Positions 17,275 to 25,651 of a stretch of DNA of 26,484 nucleotides are shown piece by piece. Source of the DNA: an uncultured Candidatus Peribacteria bacterium (GTDB lineage Bacteria; Patescibacteriota; Gracilibacteria; Peribacterales; Peribacteraceae); the NCBI GenBank assembly GCA_964443095.1, contig CAYUBO010000001.1:1-26484 (forward strand). Reading direction: 5' to 3'. Under the pieces are notes generated by a model, which worked only from the letters and a program-made list of their open reading frames with translations, was not told the origin of the DNA and made no database searches. The translations under genes were made by a program, and so were the position numbers. Every line of letters starts with the position of its first letter. The stretch's first letter is position 1.

Positions 17275-17901
17275 ATGAAGAATTTACAAGGCGCATTCAT
17301 TGTTATGGAGGGCCCAGATGGCAGCGGAACGACATACCACAGCAAAAACCTGCTCAAAAAGCTTCAGGAGTGTGGAATTGATGTAATCTCAACCTCAGAG
17401 CCCACTGATGGCGGAATCGGGAAGGAAATACGCACTCTCCTGCACTCTCCAAAACTCCCATCTCCGGATGCTGTCCAATTGCTGTTCTGTGCAGATCGTG
17501 CAGACCATGTGGCAAATCTGATACAACCAGCTCTTAATGAAGGAAAGACTGTCATCTCAGATAGATATTCACTCTCAACAATCATTTATGGGAAAGCGCT
17601 GGGCTTAGATGAGCAGTGGCTTAAGGAGATAAACAGCAGATTCCCGCCGCCCGACCTCACGATTGTGACTCTTCCTCCATTCGAGATATGTGAAAGGAGA
17701 AGAGGCAGGCGCGATGTTTTGGACCAATTTGAGGAGTCATCCTTCCAGAAAGATGTATACAATTACTACAGCGAGATTGATGATCCCGCGACAATATTTA
17801 TAGACACATCTGCATCTCAGGAAGAAGTGAGCGAAAATATCTGGAGTAGTGTGCAGAAGTACTTTGGGCCAATTTCGAGGAAGATGATCGCCGACTTATA
17901 A
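17275..17901 (+). CDS. tmk: Thymidylate kinase (with non-canonical P-loop)
   Basis: FIVMEGPDGSG, SEPT, LLFCADRADH, VISDRYSLS and PDLTI motifs. Confidence 0.88.
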   Translation: MKNLQGAFIVMEGPDGSGTTYHSKNLLKKLQECGIDVISTSEPTDGGIGKEIRTLLHSPKLPSPDAVQLLFCADRADHVANLIQPALNEGKTVISDRYSLSTIIYGKALGLDEQWLKEINSRFPPPDLTIVTLPPFEICERRRGRRDVLDQFEESSFQKDVYNYYSEIDDPATIFIDTSASQEEVSENIWSSVQKYFGPISRKMIADL

Positions 17902-17986
17902 AGGATTCCTACGAATCCAATGAATCCTACGAATCCTAGGATTCCTTATCTTCGGATTCTTCGGAATCCTCGGAGTCCTTGGTTTC
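17901..17986. repeat. Two head-to-head arrays of a degenerate 9-mer (5 + 4 copies)
   Basis: AAGGATTCC TACGAATCC AATGAATCC TACGAATCC TAGGATTCC, spacer TTATC, then TTCGGATTC TTCGGAATC CTCGGAGTC CTTGGTTTC. Confidence 0.9.
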
Positions 17987-18034
17987 TTGATCAACCGCTG
18001 GAATACCAACACCCAACCTGCGTATACTCTGGCT

Positions 18035-18883
18035 ATGACAGCTCTTCTTCTCGACGGTAAGGCAGCAGCCGAAACATGGCTCAATGAGCTCAAGCCGGAG
18101 GTTGAGAAACTTAGCCCGAAGCTTGTGGTTGTACAAGTTGGAGAAAACCCTGCGAGTGCTAGTTACATCAAGCAGAAGATGAAGAGCTGCGAGAAGATCG
18201 GGATTGAGAGTGAACACAAACATCTGTCTGAAGAAACGACACTTACGGAATTGATCGATGTGATTGATGATTTGAATGATGATGATTCTGTTTCCGGTTT
18301 CATTGTGCAGTTACCATTACCGGATCATCTGCAACCAAGTGTCCCACAAATAATCCGTGAGATTGATCCAAAGAAAGACGTAGATGGATTTACTGCATAT
18401 AACCTTGGAAAAGTTTTTCTCTCAACAGAGTTTGAACATCTGCCTCCAGCAACGCCTGCAGGGGTGATCCGTCTTCTCGATCACTTTGATATTGAGATTG
18501 AAGGAAAGCACGTTGTAATGGTCGGGCATAGCAACATAGTCGGTAAACCACTCGCGACGATGCTACTTAATCGTGGAGCGACTGTTACGGTGTGCCACAT
18601 CAAAACGCAGGATCTTGCAGCTCATACGAAACAAGCGGATATACTCTGCAGCGCTGTGGGTAAACCAAATCTGATCACAGAAGACATGGTGAAAGACGGC
18701 GTTGTTGTTGTTGACATAGGTATCACTAAAACGGATGACGGATTGAAGGGCGATACAGATTTCGAAGCGATTAAGGATAAAGCCTCTGCCATCACTCCTG
18801 TTCCCGGTGGAGTAGGACCGATGACAGTTGCAAGCCTCCTCAGCAACTGCATAGCCGCAAAGAAGAGACAGCAAGAAAAATAG
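18035..18883 (+). CDS. folD: Bifunctional methylene-THF dehydrogenase/cyclohydrolase
   Basis: LLDGK, ASYIKQK, VQLPLP, KDVDG, GHSNIVGKP, TPVPGGVGPMT. Start ATG 18035 (TATACT 6 nt upstream) rather than TTG 17987. Confidence 0.96.
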   Translation: MTALLLDGKAAAETWLNELKPEVEKLSPKLVVVQVGENPASASYIKQKMKSCEKIGIESEHKHLSEETTLTELIDVIDDLNDDDSVSGFIVQLPLPDHLQPSVPQIIREIDPKKDVDGFTAYNLGKVFLSTEFEHLPPATPAGVIRLLDHFDIEIEGKHVVMVGHSNIVGKPLATMLLNRGATVTVCHIKTQDLAAHTKQADILCSAVGKPNLITEDMVKDGVVVVDIGITKTDDGLKGDTDFEAIKDKASAITPVPGGVGPMTVASLLSNCIAAKKRQQEK

Positions 18884-18953
18884 AGATGATCTATTGCATT
18901 ATTCCAGTTCATCTATAGTATTTTCACGTGGACAGTGATCTTGTCTCATTTTT

Positions 18954-18994
18954 GGCCTCCCGGATGCATGTCCGTCAGGCCTGTTTTATTTTTT
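18954..18994 (+). terminator. Terminator-like hairpin between folD and purF
   Basis: GGCCT-CC-CGGAT-GCAT-GTCCG-TC-AGGCC then TGTTTTATTTTTT. Confidence 0.6.
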
Positions 18995-19016
18995 ATAAGC
19001 TAATCCTTCAATAAGG

Positions 19017-20525
19017 ATGTGCGGAATTCTTGCTGTCTCCGGCTTCCGCAATGTGATCCAGGACCTTTATGACGGCTTAATTCTCCTCCAGCATCGTGGA
19101 CAGGACGCGGCGGGGATAATGACATACAACTCACAATTCCATCTGAAGAAATCTAACGGAATGGTACGTGATGTTTTTCATACAAAGTCACTTGCAAGAC
19201 TGCAGGGTCACATGGGAATCGGTCACGTTCGTTACCCAACTGCAGGATGTGCAAGCGAGTTCGAGAGTCAGCCTTTCTTTGTGAATACTCCATTTGGAAT
19301 TGCTCTCGCGCACAATGGAAACCTGACAAATAACGATGATCTGCGAAAGGAACTCTTAGAAAAGTACTACAGACATCTCAACACATCATCCGATTCCGAA
19401 ACACTTTTGAATGTCTTTTCTGTTGCTCTGCACAATCAGAGGCCAAAGGACTTAACTCCGGATCACGTCTTTAAAGCAATCGCTACTGTATTTAGGAAAT
19501 GCAAAGGTGCATACAGTGCTGTAGCTATGATTGGAGGGCATGGGATTGTTGCCTTCCGAGATCCCCATGGTATTCGCCCACTACAACTTGGAAAACGAAA
19601 GTTTGGTATGAAGGAGGAATACATTATCGCATCAGAGAACACTGCGTTTACAGCTTTGGACTTTGAATTTATTAGAGACATCCAACCGGGTGAATGTGTA
19701 TACATCGATAAAAAGAATAAGCTTCACAGTAAGGTTGTTCGTCAGGGGCAATTGAATCCATGTCTGTTTGAATGGGTTTATCTTTCTGCACCGGACTCAA
19801 CTATAGATGGAGTAAACGTTTACAAGGCACGTGTACGAATGGGAGAAGCTTTGGCACAACAAATAAAGAAGTCCGGAATAGAAATCGACTCTGTTATTCC
19901 GGTTCCGGATACCGGAAGGCCTGCTGCTGCCGGGCTCGCGGATAAATTGAAGGTTCGTTATCGAGAAGGTTTTGTGAAGAACCGTTACATTGGTAGGACA
20001 TTCATTATGCCGGGACAAAAGATAAGAAAACGCAGCCTGCACTTTAAGCTGCACCCCATTAATCTTGAATTTAAGAACAACAACGTATTGATTGTGGATG
20101 ACTCGATTGTTCGTGGAAATACAAGCAAAAAGATTGTTGAACTTGCCCGTGAAGCAGGTGCAAAGAAAGTCTACTTTGCGTCATCTGCACCTCCTATTAA
20201 GGGGCCGGACCCATACGGTATTGATCTTCCTACATGGACAGAATTGATTGCAACTGATCATTCTATTGACCAGATCTGTAAACACATCGGTGCTGATGGA
20301 CTCTTCTACACAAATATTCACGACATTCATGCAGCAGTTCAGGCTGGAAATAAGAATATCAAGTCTTTTAGCGATGGTTGCTTCACAGGAAAGTACCCGA
20401 CTCCTGAGGTAGATTCTAAGCTCTTAAAGCAGATGGGAAGTAGAAGGACTACAACACGAGATACATTCTACATGAATGAACCATCTGAAGATGGTGAAGG
20501 TGGTAGAATGCTACAGCTTGTGTAG
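19017..20525 (+). CDS. purF: Amidophosphoribosyltransferase
   Basis: N-terminal nucleophile MCGI, QHRGQD, GHVRYPT, AHNGNL, SDSE and the PRPP loop VDDSIVRGNT. Confidence 0.97.
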   Translation: MCGILAVSGFRNVIQDLYDGLILLQHRGQDAAGIMTYNSQFHLKKSNGMVRDVFHTKSLARLQGHMGIGHVRYPTAGCASEFESQPFFVNTPFGIALAHNGNLTNNDDLRKELLEKYYRHLNTSSDSETLLNVFSVALHNQRPKDLTPDHVFKAIATVFRKCKGAYSAVAMIGGHGIVAFRDPHGIRPLQLGKRKFGMKEEYIIASENTAFTALDFEFIRDIQPGECVYIDKKNKLHSKVVRQGQLNPCLFEWVYLSAPDSTIDGVNVYKARVRMGEALAQQIKKSGIEIDSVIPVPDTGRPAAAGLADKLKVRYREGFVKNRYIGRTFIMPGQKIRKRSLHFKLHPINLEFKNNNVLIVDDSIVRGNTSKKIVELAREAGAKKVYFASSAPPIKGPDPYGIDLPTWTELIATDHSIDQICKHIGADGLFYTNIHDIHAAVQAGNKNIKSFSDGCFTGKYPTPEVDSKLLKQMGSRRTTTRDTFYMNEPSEDGEGGRMLQLV

Positions 20526-21854
20526 ATGAAAGTTCTTCTCGTCAGTTCAACGGCTCGTGGTCACGCGGTTGCTGAAGCAATTGTGAAGAGTCCTTACAAA
20601 CCTGAATTGATCTCTGTGTGCGCGAGTGCAAATCCCGGAATTAAAAGAATCGCGAGCGAGATGCATGTTCAGGATGTAATGGATTTCTATCCGATTGTAA
20701 ATATCGCGAATGAAACAAAGCCTGATTTTGCCTTCATTGGACCGGATGATCCCATTGGGAAAGGGCTTGCCGATGTTCTTGAAGACGCAGGAGTTCCATG
20801 TGTTGCACCAAAGCAGAGCCTAGCTCGTGCTGAGTCGAGCAAGGGATTTTTGAGAAATCTTCTTAAAAAATGCAACATCGATGTATCCCCTAAGTTTGAA
20901 GTTTTCAGGCAGATCGATCCTCCTGGAATTAAGGATTACATTGAGCAAGAGCTAAACAGTGAGTACGTCGTTAAGTACGACGCGCTTAAAGGAGGTAAAG
21001 GCGTGAAAGTAAGCGGCGAGCATATTGAATCTGTGAAGGACGGTGTTGAATACGCGATCGAATGTATTGATGAGTGCGGTGCCGTTGTGATTGAAGAGAA
21101 ATTAATTGGAGTGGAGTTCAGCCTGATGAGTTTTGTTTCCGGGACACAAGTAGTGCACATGCCCGCAGTGCAAGATCATAAGCGTGCGTACGAACATGAC
21201 ACGGGACCAAATACCGGTGGTATGGGAACGTGGAGTGATGCAGATCACTCACTTCCATTTCTAACTGATGAAGATCTGGAAAGCGCTAAACAAACGAACA
21301 TACTGACTGCTAAAGCACTGATGAAAGAATGCGGTGAACCATTCAAAGGAATTCTTTACGGTGGATTCATTGTGACTAGAAGGGGCGTAAAGTTGATTGA
21401 GTACAACTGCAGACTCGGTGATCCTGAAGCTCTCAATGTGCTACCGATCTTGAAATCTGACTTTGTAGATATTTGCCTCGGAATTGTTAACGGAGAACTG
21501 ACAGATGATCTTGCACATTTTGAAAATAAGGCAACTGTCTGCAAATACATCACACCGGAAAGTTATCCTGTTTCGAAGGATCAGAAAGGAGAACTAGTTA
21601 CTATCCCCGAAATCCCCAATCACTCTGACGCGGCCATCTACTACGGCGACCTTTCGGAAGATTCCGAAGGTGCGCTGCACCTCGGCGGATCGAGGTCGGT
21701 AGGGATCGTAGGTATTGGACCAACGATCGAAGATGCGGAAAACCTTTCCGAGGAGCTTTGCCAGAAGGTTCAGGGTCCGGTGCGGTATCGCTGCGACATT
21801 GGAACCAAGCCTCTAATTGCTCAGCGTCTAGAGGCGGTGAAGTCTCTCCGGTAA
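20526..21854 (+). CDS. purD: Phosphoribosylamine-glycine ligase (archaeal-like sequence type)
   Basis: FIGPDDP, GGKGV, IEEKL, QDHKRAY, GPNTGGMG, EYNCRLGDPE and DIG motifs; ATG directly follows the purF stop. Confidence 0.95.
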   Translation: MKVLLVSSTARGHAVAEAIVKSPYKPELISVCASANPGIKRIASEMHVQDVMDFYPIVNIANETKPDFAFIGPDDPIGKGLADVLEDAGVPCVAPKQSLARAESSKGFLRNLLKKCNIDVSPKFEVFRQIDPPGIKDYIEQELNSEYVVKYDALKGGKGVKVSGEHIESVKDGVEYAIECIDECGAVVIEEKLIGVEFSLMSFVSGTQVVHMPAVQDHKRAYEHDTGPNTGGMGTWSDADHSLPFLTDEDLESAKQTNILTAKALMKECGEPFKGILYGGFIVTRRGVKLIEYNCRLGDPEALNVLPILKSDFVDICLGIVNGELTDDLAHFENKATVCKYITPESYPVSKDQKGELVTIPEIPNHSDAAIYYGDLSEDSEGALHLGGSRSVGIVGIGPTIEDAENLSEELCQKVQGPVRYRCDIGTKPLIAQRLEAVKSLR

Positions 21855-22077
21855 ACAAGTTTTGTACAATCCATCTCCTTTCCATTGTTATGTGAGTTTG
21901 TTTATCACTGCCTCTGCTAAGAGCAATAGCATACTTCTCTGGCTGTGGACTCATTTGAAGACGCGTTAACACATCAATCTCTGCAGCAAATGTGAGTCTA
22001 TTAAAATTTGCTACCCCTTCATCAAGATTTTTTGGGCAAAATTTATATTCCGAGCTTGGACCTGATTCTTCAGACAT
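21601..22077 (-). CDS. Possible hypothetical protein or pseudogene; 3' half antisense to purD
   Basis: ATG 22077 has TGt-TATAGT 7 nt upstream; the first 74 codons fill an otherwise empty intergenic gap; the rest overlaps purD by 254 nt. Confidence 0.3.
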   Translation of the reverse strand: MSEESGPSSEYKFCPKNLDEGVANFNRLTFAAEIDVLTRLQMSPQPEKYAIALSRGSDKQTHITMERRWIVQNLFTGETSPPLDAEQLEAWFQCRSDTAPDPEPSGKAPRKGFPHLRSLVQYLRSLPTSIRRGAAHLRNLPKGRRSRWPRQSDWGFRG

Positions 22078-22162
22078 CTAAATAACTATAACATCATTTG
22101 GAATTTCTGTCTTCCATCTACAAGACTTTTTTAGGAGACTACTTCCTGTACAATCCCCCTCA

Positions 22163-23485
22163 ATGAAAAAGGATCTCACAGGAATCCTCATACCGTTTGT
22201 GTACTTCATTGCTGGAGCAACCACTCTCGCAGGAGTTGCCACAACTTTCTACTACAAAGAAGATCTGGGTTTGACGATTGTGCAGACGCAAATTCTGGGA
22301 TCCATCAGCATTATTCCGTGGAGCATTAAGCCGATCTATGGATTTCTAAGTGACAGAAGGCCGATCTTTAAACTGAATCGGAAGCCATATCTCTTTATCG
22401 CTGGACTTCTTGGATCTGCAGGATATTTCTCACTTGCAACATGGGTGCATAGTTTCTCCGGAGCAGTGATCGCTATTTTGATCTCCGGAATGGGTTTTGC
22501 TCTTGCGGATGTGATTGTGGATGGAATAGTTGCTGAAAGGAGTCGCACACAAAAAGAGGCAGGGAAACTCCAGAGCATTTGTCGTGCAGCACTTCTTACC
22601 GGTGCACTCCTTGTTGCGTATCTCTCCGGAGTACTAGTTGAAATTATCGGTGCACGGAACGTCTTCTATATAACAGCAATGCTTCCGTTGCTTACAACAT
22701 TCTTCTCGCTTCTGATAATTGAGCCTCCGGGAGAGATTGTTTCCTTCTCACTCAAAGACACGTGGCGAGCATTCAAAGGCGCAATCAATAAGGATATCGT
22801 CTGGGCAGCGGCCTTTCTTCTTGTATGGAGATCAACTCCAACAACAGGCGGGGCATTCAGTTTCTATTTGATTGATGAACTTAGCTTCAGCCCTGAGTTC
22901 TTTGGGCGTCTTGCACTTGTAAGTTATGTGATGGGAATTATAGGAGTTCTTATATTCCGCAAGTGGTTGATGTCCGTTCCACTCAATAAACTCTTCTTCT
23001 GGATAATGGTTCTGAGTGTGATTCTCTCGCTCCCATCCATCGGACTTGTATACGGATGGTACAAGTACTTAGGAATGAGTCCTCACATGTTTGCGATGGC
23101 AGATACTTTGATCTCCGCACCGCTTTCAGAAATAGGATTCCTGCCACTGATGGTTTTGATTGCACGAGTTTGTCCCAAAGGAATTGAAGCCACGATGTTC
23201 GCTGTCCTTGCTAGCCTCAGCAACATCGGCCTTGCTGTGAGTGACCTTGGCGGAGGACTCCTTGTAAAGATCTTCGAAGTACGCCAGGCAGCACACCCAC
23301 TTGGAGCTGATTACTCAAACCTGCACATAGTCCTTTGGATTGCGATACTAAGTAGCTTCCTACCCTGGCCACTACTTAGATTCCTACCGGATACACGAGT
23401 AGCAGAAGAAGTAGCACCGGATATTACTCCATCAAAATTACACACTCAAAAACCTGGTGACCCCTCCAAGGAAGAGATAGCTTAA
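22163..23485 (+). CDS. Folate-biopterin transporter (BT1/FBT family, MFS)
   Basis: PWSIKPIYGFLSD, FALADVIVDGIVAE and VCPKGIEATMFAVL motifs; about 12 TM. Confidence 0.88.
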   Translation: MKKDLTGILIPFVYFIAGATTLAGVATTFYYKEDLGLTIVQTQILGSISIIPWSIKPIYGFLSDRRPIFKLNRKPYLFIAGLLGSAGYFSLATWVHSFSGAVIAILISGMGFALADVIVDGIVAERSRTQKEAGKLQSICRAALLTGALLVAYLSGVLVEIIGARNVFYITAMLPLLTTFFSLLIIEPPGEIVSFSLKDTWRAFKGAINKDIVWAAAFLLVWRSTPTTGGAFSFYLIDELSFSPEFFGRLALVSYVMGIIGVLIFRKWLMSVPLNKLFFWIMVLSVILSLPSIGLVYGWYKYLGMSPHMFAMADTLISAPLSEIGFLPLMVLIARVCPKGIEATMFAVLASLSNIGLAVSDLGGGLLVKIFEVRQAAHPLGADYSNLHIVLWIAILSSFLPWPLLRFLPDTRVAEEVAPDITPSKLHTQKPGDPSKEEIA

Positions 23486-24546
23486 TCTTTGCTTAGCTCA
23501 GCTAGCCTCTCTTCTTCTCTCTTAGCCTGAAGATCATCAAGGATCTGCCCTATGTCTCCTTCCATGATTCCGGGGAGGTTGCTGTAGTTTTTTCCTAAGC
23601 GATGATCTGTCACACGATCTTGGGGATAATTGTATGTACGAATCTTTTCACTGCGATCTCCGGATCCGACCTGCCCTGACCTCAAATCACCTCTCTCCTT
23701 TGCTAGTCTCTCCTGCTCAGCTGCGTACAATCGTGACCGGAGGATACCCAGAGCACGTGCTTTGTTCTTGTGCTGACTCTTTTCATCCTGACAACTAACG
23801 ACAATGCCGGATGGGATGTGTGTAAGACGTACAGCTGAGTCAGTTGTATTTACTGACTGACCTCCGGGGCCGCTGCTTCTGAATACATCAACCTTTAAAT
23901 CCTCATCTTTAATCTCCACATCAACTTCTTCCGCTTCAGGCAAGATTGCAACAGTTGCTGCGGATGTGTGCAGACGACCCTTGCTTTCCGTCGCTGGAAC
24001 TCTCTGAACGCGATGTGCGCCGGATTCAAATCGCATTAGTCCATATGCACCGGGTCCATCAATCTTACAAACTGCTTCTTTTATTCCTCCCGCATCTGCA
24101 TCAGCTTTATCCAGAACTTCCACTTTCCATCCCTGCTCTTCGGTAAAACGCAGATACATCCTCAAAAGTTCAGCAGCAAAAAGTGCAGCTTCTTCTCCTC
24201 CTGTTCCGGCACGAACTTCCAAAATCACACTCCTGTCATCATCAGGATCTTTGGGGATCAAAAACCTTTTCATCTCTTCCTCTAGTTCTGGCAGACGAGC
24301 TCTTGCCACCGATGCTTCTTCTTCCGCAAGCTTTTCCATTTCAGGATCGCCCTTAGCTTCATCGGTGAACTTGATCGCATCCTGACACTTGTCATATTCC
24401 TTAAGCAAACCGATAAGTGGTTCGAGATCAGAAAGTTGCTTACCGATCTTTGCAATCTGCTTGGGGTCCGAAAGAACTTCAGGATCCTGCATCTTCTGCT
24501 GCAACGCAGAGTACTCCTCAGCCAATGCTCGAAGCTTATCAATCAT
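23482..24546 (-). CDS. prfA: Peptide chain release factor 1
   Basis: GGQ motif (SSGPGGQSVN), PAT anticodon-mimic (RF1 PxT), EVRAGTGGEEA and EKIRTYNYPQ. Confidence 0.98.
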   Translation of the reverse strand: MIDKLRALAEEYSALQQKMQDPEVLSDPKQIAKIGKQLSDLEPLIGLLKEYDKCQDAIKFTDEAKGDPEMEKLAEEEASVARARLPELEEEMKRFLIPKDPDDDRSVILEVRAGTGGEEAALFAAELLRMYLRFTEEQGWKVEVLDKADADAGGIKEAVCKIDGPGAYGLMRFESGAHRVQRVPATESKGRLHTSAATVAILPEAEEVDVEIKDEDLKVDVFRSSGPGGQSVNTTDSAVRLTHIPSGIVVSCQDEKSQHKNKARALGILRSRLYAAEQERLAKERGDLRSGQVGSGDRSEKIRTYNYPQDRVTDHRLGKNYSNLPGIMEGDIGQILDDLQAKREEERLAELSKD

Positions 24547-24554
24547 GATGATCG

Positions 24555-25583
24555 TTAGTTCTCAGATGATTCCTTGCCACAACTTGTACAAACAGACTGC
24601 CATTCAAATCCTTCCGCATTACATGAAGGACACTTCTTCTTGAGAACACGTCCGCATCCTCCGCAAAAGTTACCACTGAGGGATAACGGATAATTACACT
24701 TTGGACAGTCGCCATTCTTTATCTTCTTCTTGCCCCACAAAACAGGATCCGTAAGTTTCCGATGCACGATAACAATCAAAGCACCAAAGAGAACTATTGG
24801 GATTAATATCAAAATGTAATAACCGATTACACGAGTGAATACGGTGACCTGCAAAAACTCCCATAGTTTCTCTAAAAACATTTTAGGAACAAGACTCCAG
24901 ATGAAAACGATCACCGAGTGCAGGCTAACGGCACATGCTGCAAGAAGTGCTGCGATTGATACTACCTCCCAGCTTGAGTTCTTTTTCTTCGTACGAACAT
25001 GCCAGAAGAGTACAACCAGGAAGAACGGAAGCCAGAACAAGGCTTCCAAACCGAATACTTTCGCCTGCCGTATCCTCATTTTTTTCTCATATTCCAACTT
25101 CATTGGCTCAAACGCATCCTCTGCTTTCTCCTCCAATCTCTCTGCCATTTCTTCTTTTACGGATATTTCCTTTTCAAGTTTACTCAGCTCCTCTCGTACA
25201 TCTGTAATCGAAGTCTGAACTTCATCTATCCCACCATAAAAAGGCTTATCGCTCTCAGCTATCTCCTCAAGCAAACTGGTGTCGTAGTCCTGCCTGTTAA
25301 TCCTCAACTGATCCTCCAACTGGTATTTTCTTCTGTAAAGGGGCTGAAGTTCATCATCACGAAAATCCTGAAGAGCGACATGCTCCGGTATTTTCCAGTA
25401 TTGAGGATAATCGATCCTTTCCACACCATCTCTCATATCAGCCATAGATCTTTCCCCGAGGGCGAATAGGAAAATAGCGAGCATAAGAACCAGAATCTTC
25501 ACGACGAGGGAGTACCTTTTCTCCTCATAATCGAACTTGAGGCTCTCCTTGCGCCGAAATGGTTTTAGAAGCTTTTTGAACAT
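24555..25583 (-). CDS. Membrane protein with extracytoplasmic coiled coil and C-terminal double zinc ribbon
   Basis: TM1, long helical region, about 3-4 TM, then CPKC..CGGC..CPSC..CTSC. ATG 25583 has TGc-TAGAGT 6 nt upstream. Confidence 0.75.
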   Translation of the reverse strand: MFKKLLKPFRRKESLKFDYEEKRYSLVVKILVLMLAIFLFALGERSMADMRDGVERIDYPQYWKIPEHVALQDFRDDELQPLYRRKYQLEDQLRINRQDYDTSLLEEIAESDKPFYGGIDEVQTSITDVREELSKLEKEISVKEEMAERLEEKAEDAFEPMKLEYEKKMRIRQAKVFGLEALFWLPFFLVVLFWHVRTKKKNSSWEVVSIAALLAACAVSLHSVIVFIWSLVPKMFLEKLWEFLQVTVFTRVIGYYILILIPIVLFGALIVIVHRKLTDPVLWGKKKIKNGDCPKCNYPLSLSGNFCGGCGRVLKKKCPSCNAEGFEWQSVCTSCGKESSEN

Positions 25584-25651
25584 GGCCAAACTCTAGCACA
25601 ATTTCTCACTATTTCCGTAGAAAAAATAGGATCAGGACATAGAATAGATAC

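Noticed and set aside
17896-18223. Minus-strand ORFs 17896..18093 and 17936..18223 (DSEDSEESED, RIPKNPKIRNPR)
   Set aside because: Low-complexity translations of the 9-mer array that overlap folD antisense.
18430-18460. FolD PATP instead of PCTP
   Set aside because: A single substitution that I recall also occurs in other FolD proteins; all catalytic motifs are intact.
18914-18981. Guanine riboswitch resemblance (CGTGGA, CCGG, ATGTCCG)
   Set aside because: No J2/3 UUUCUAC, no loop-loop kissing sequences and no P1; geometry incompatible.
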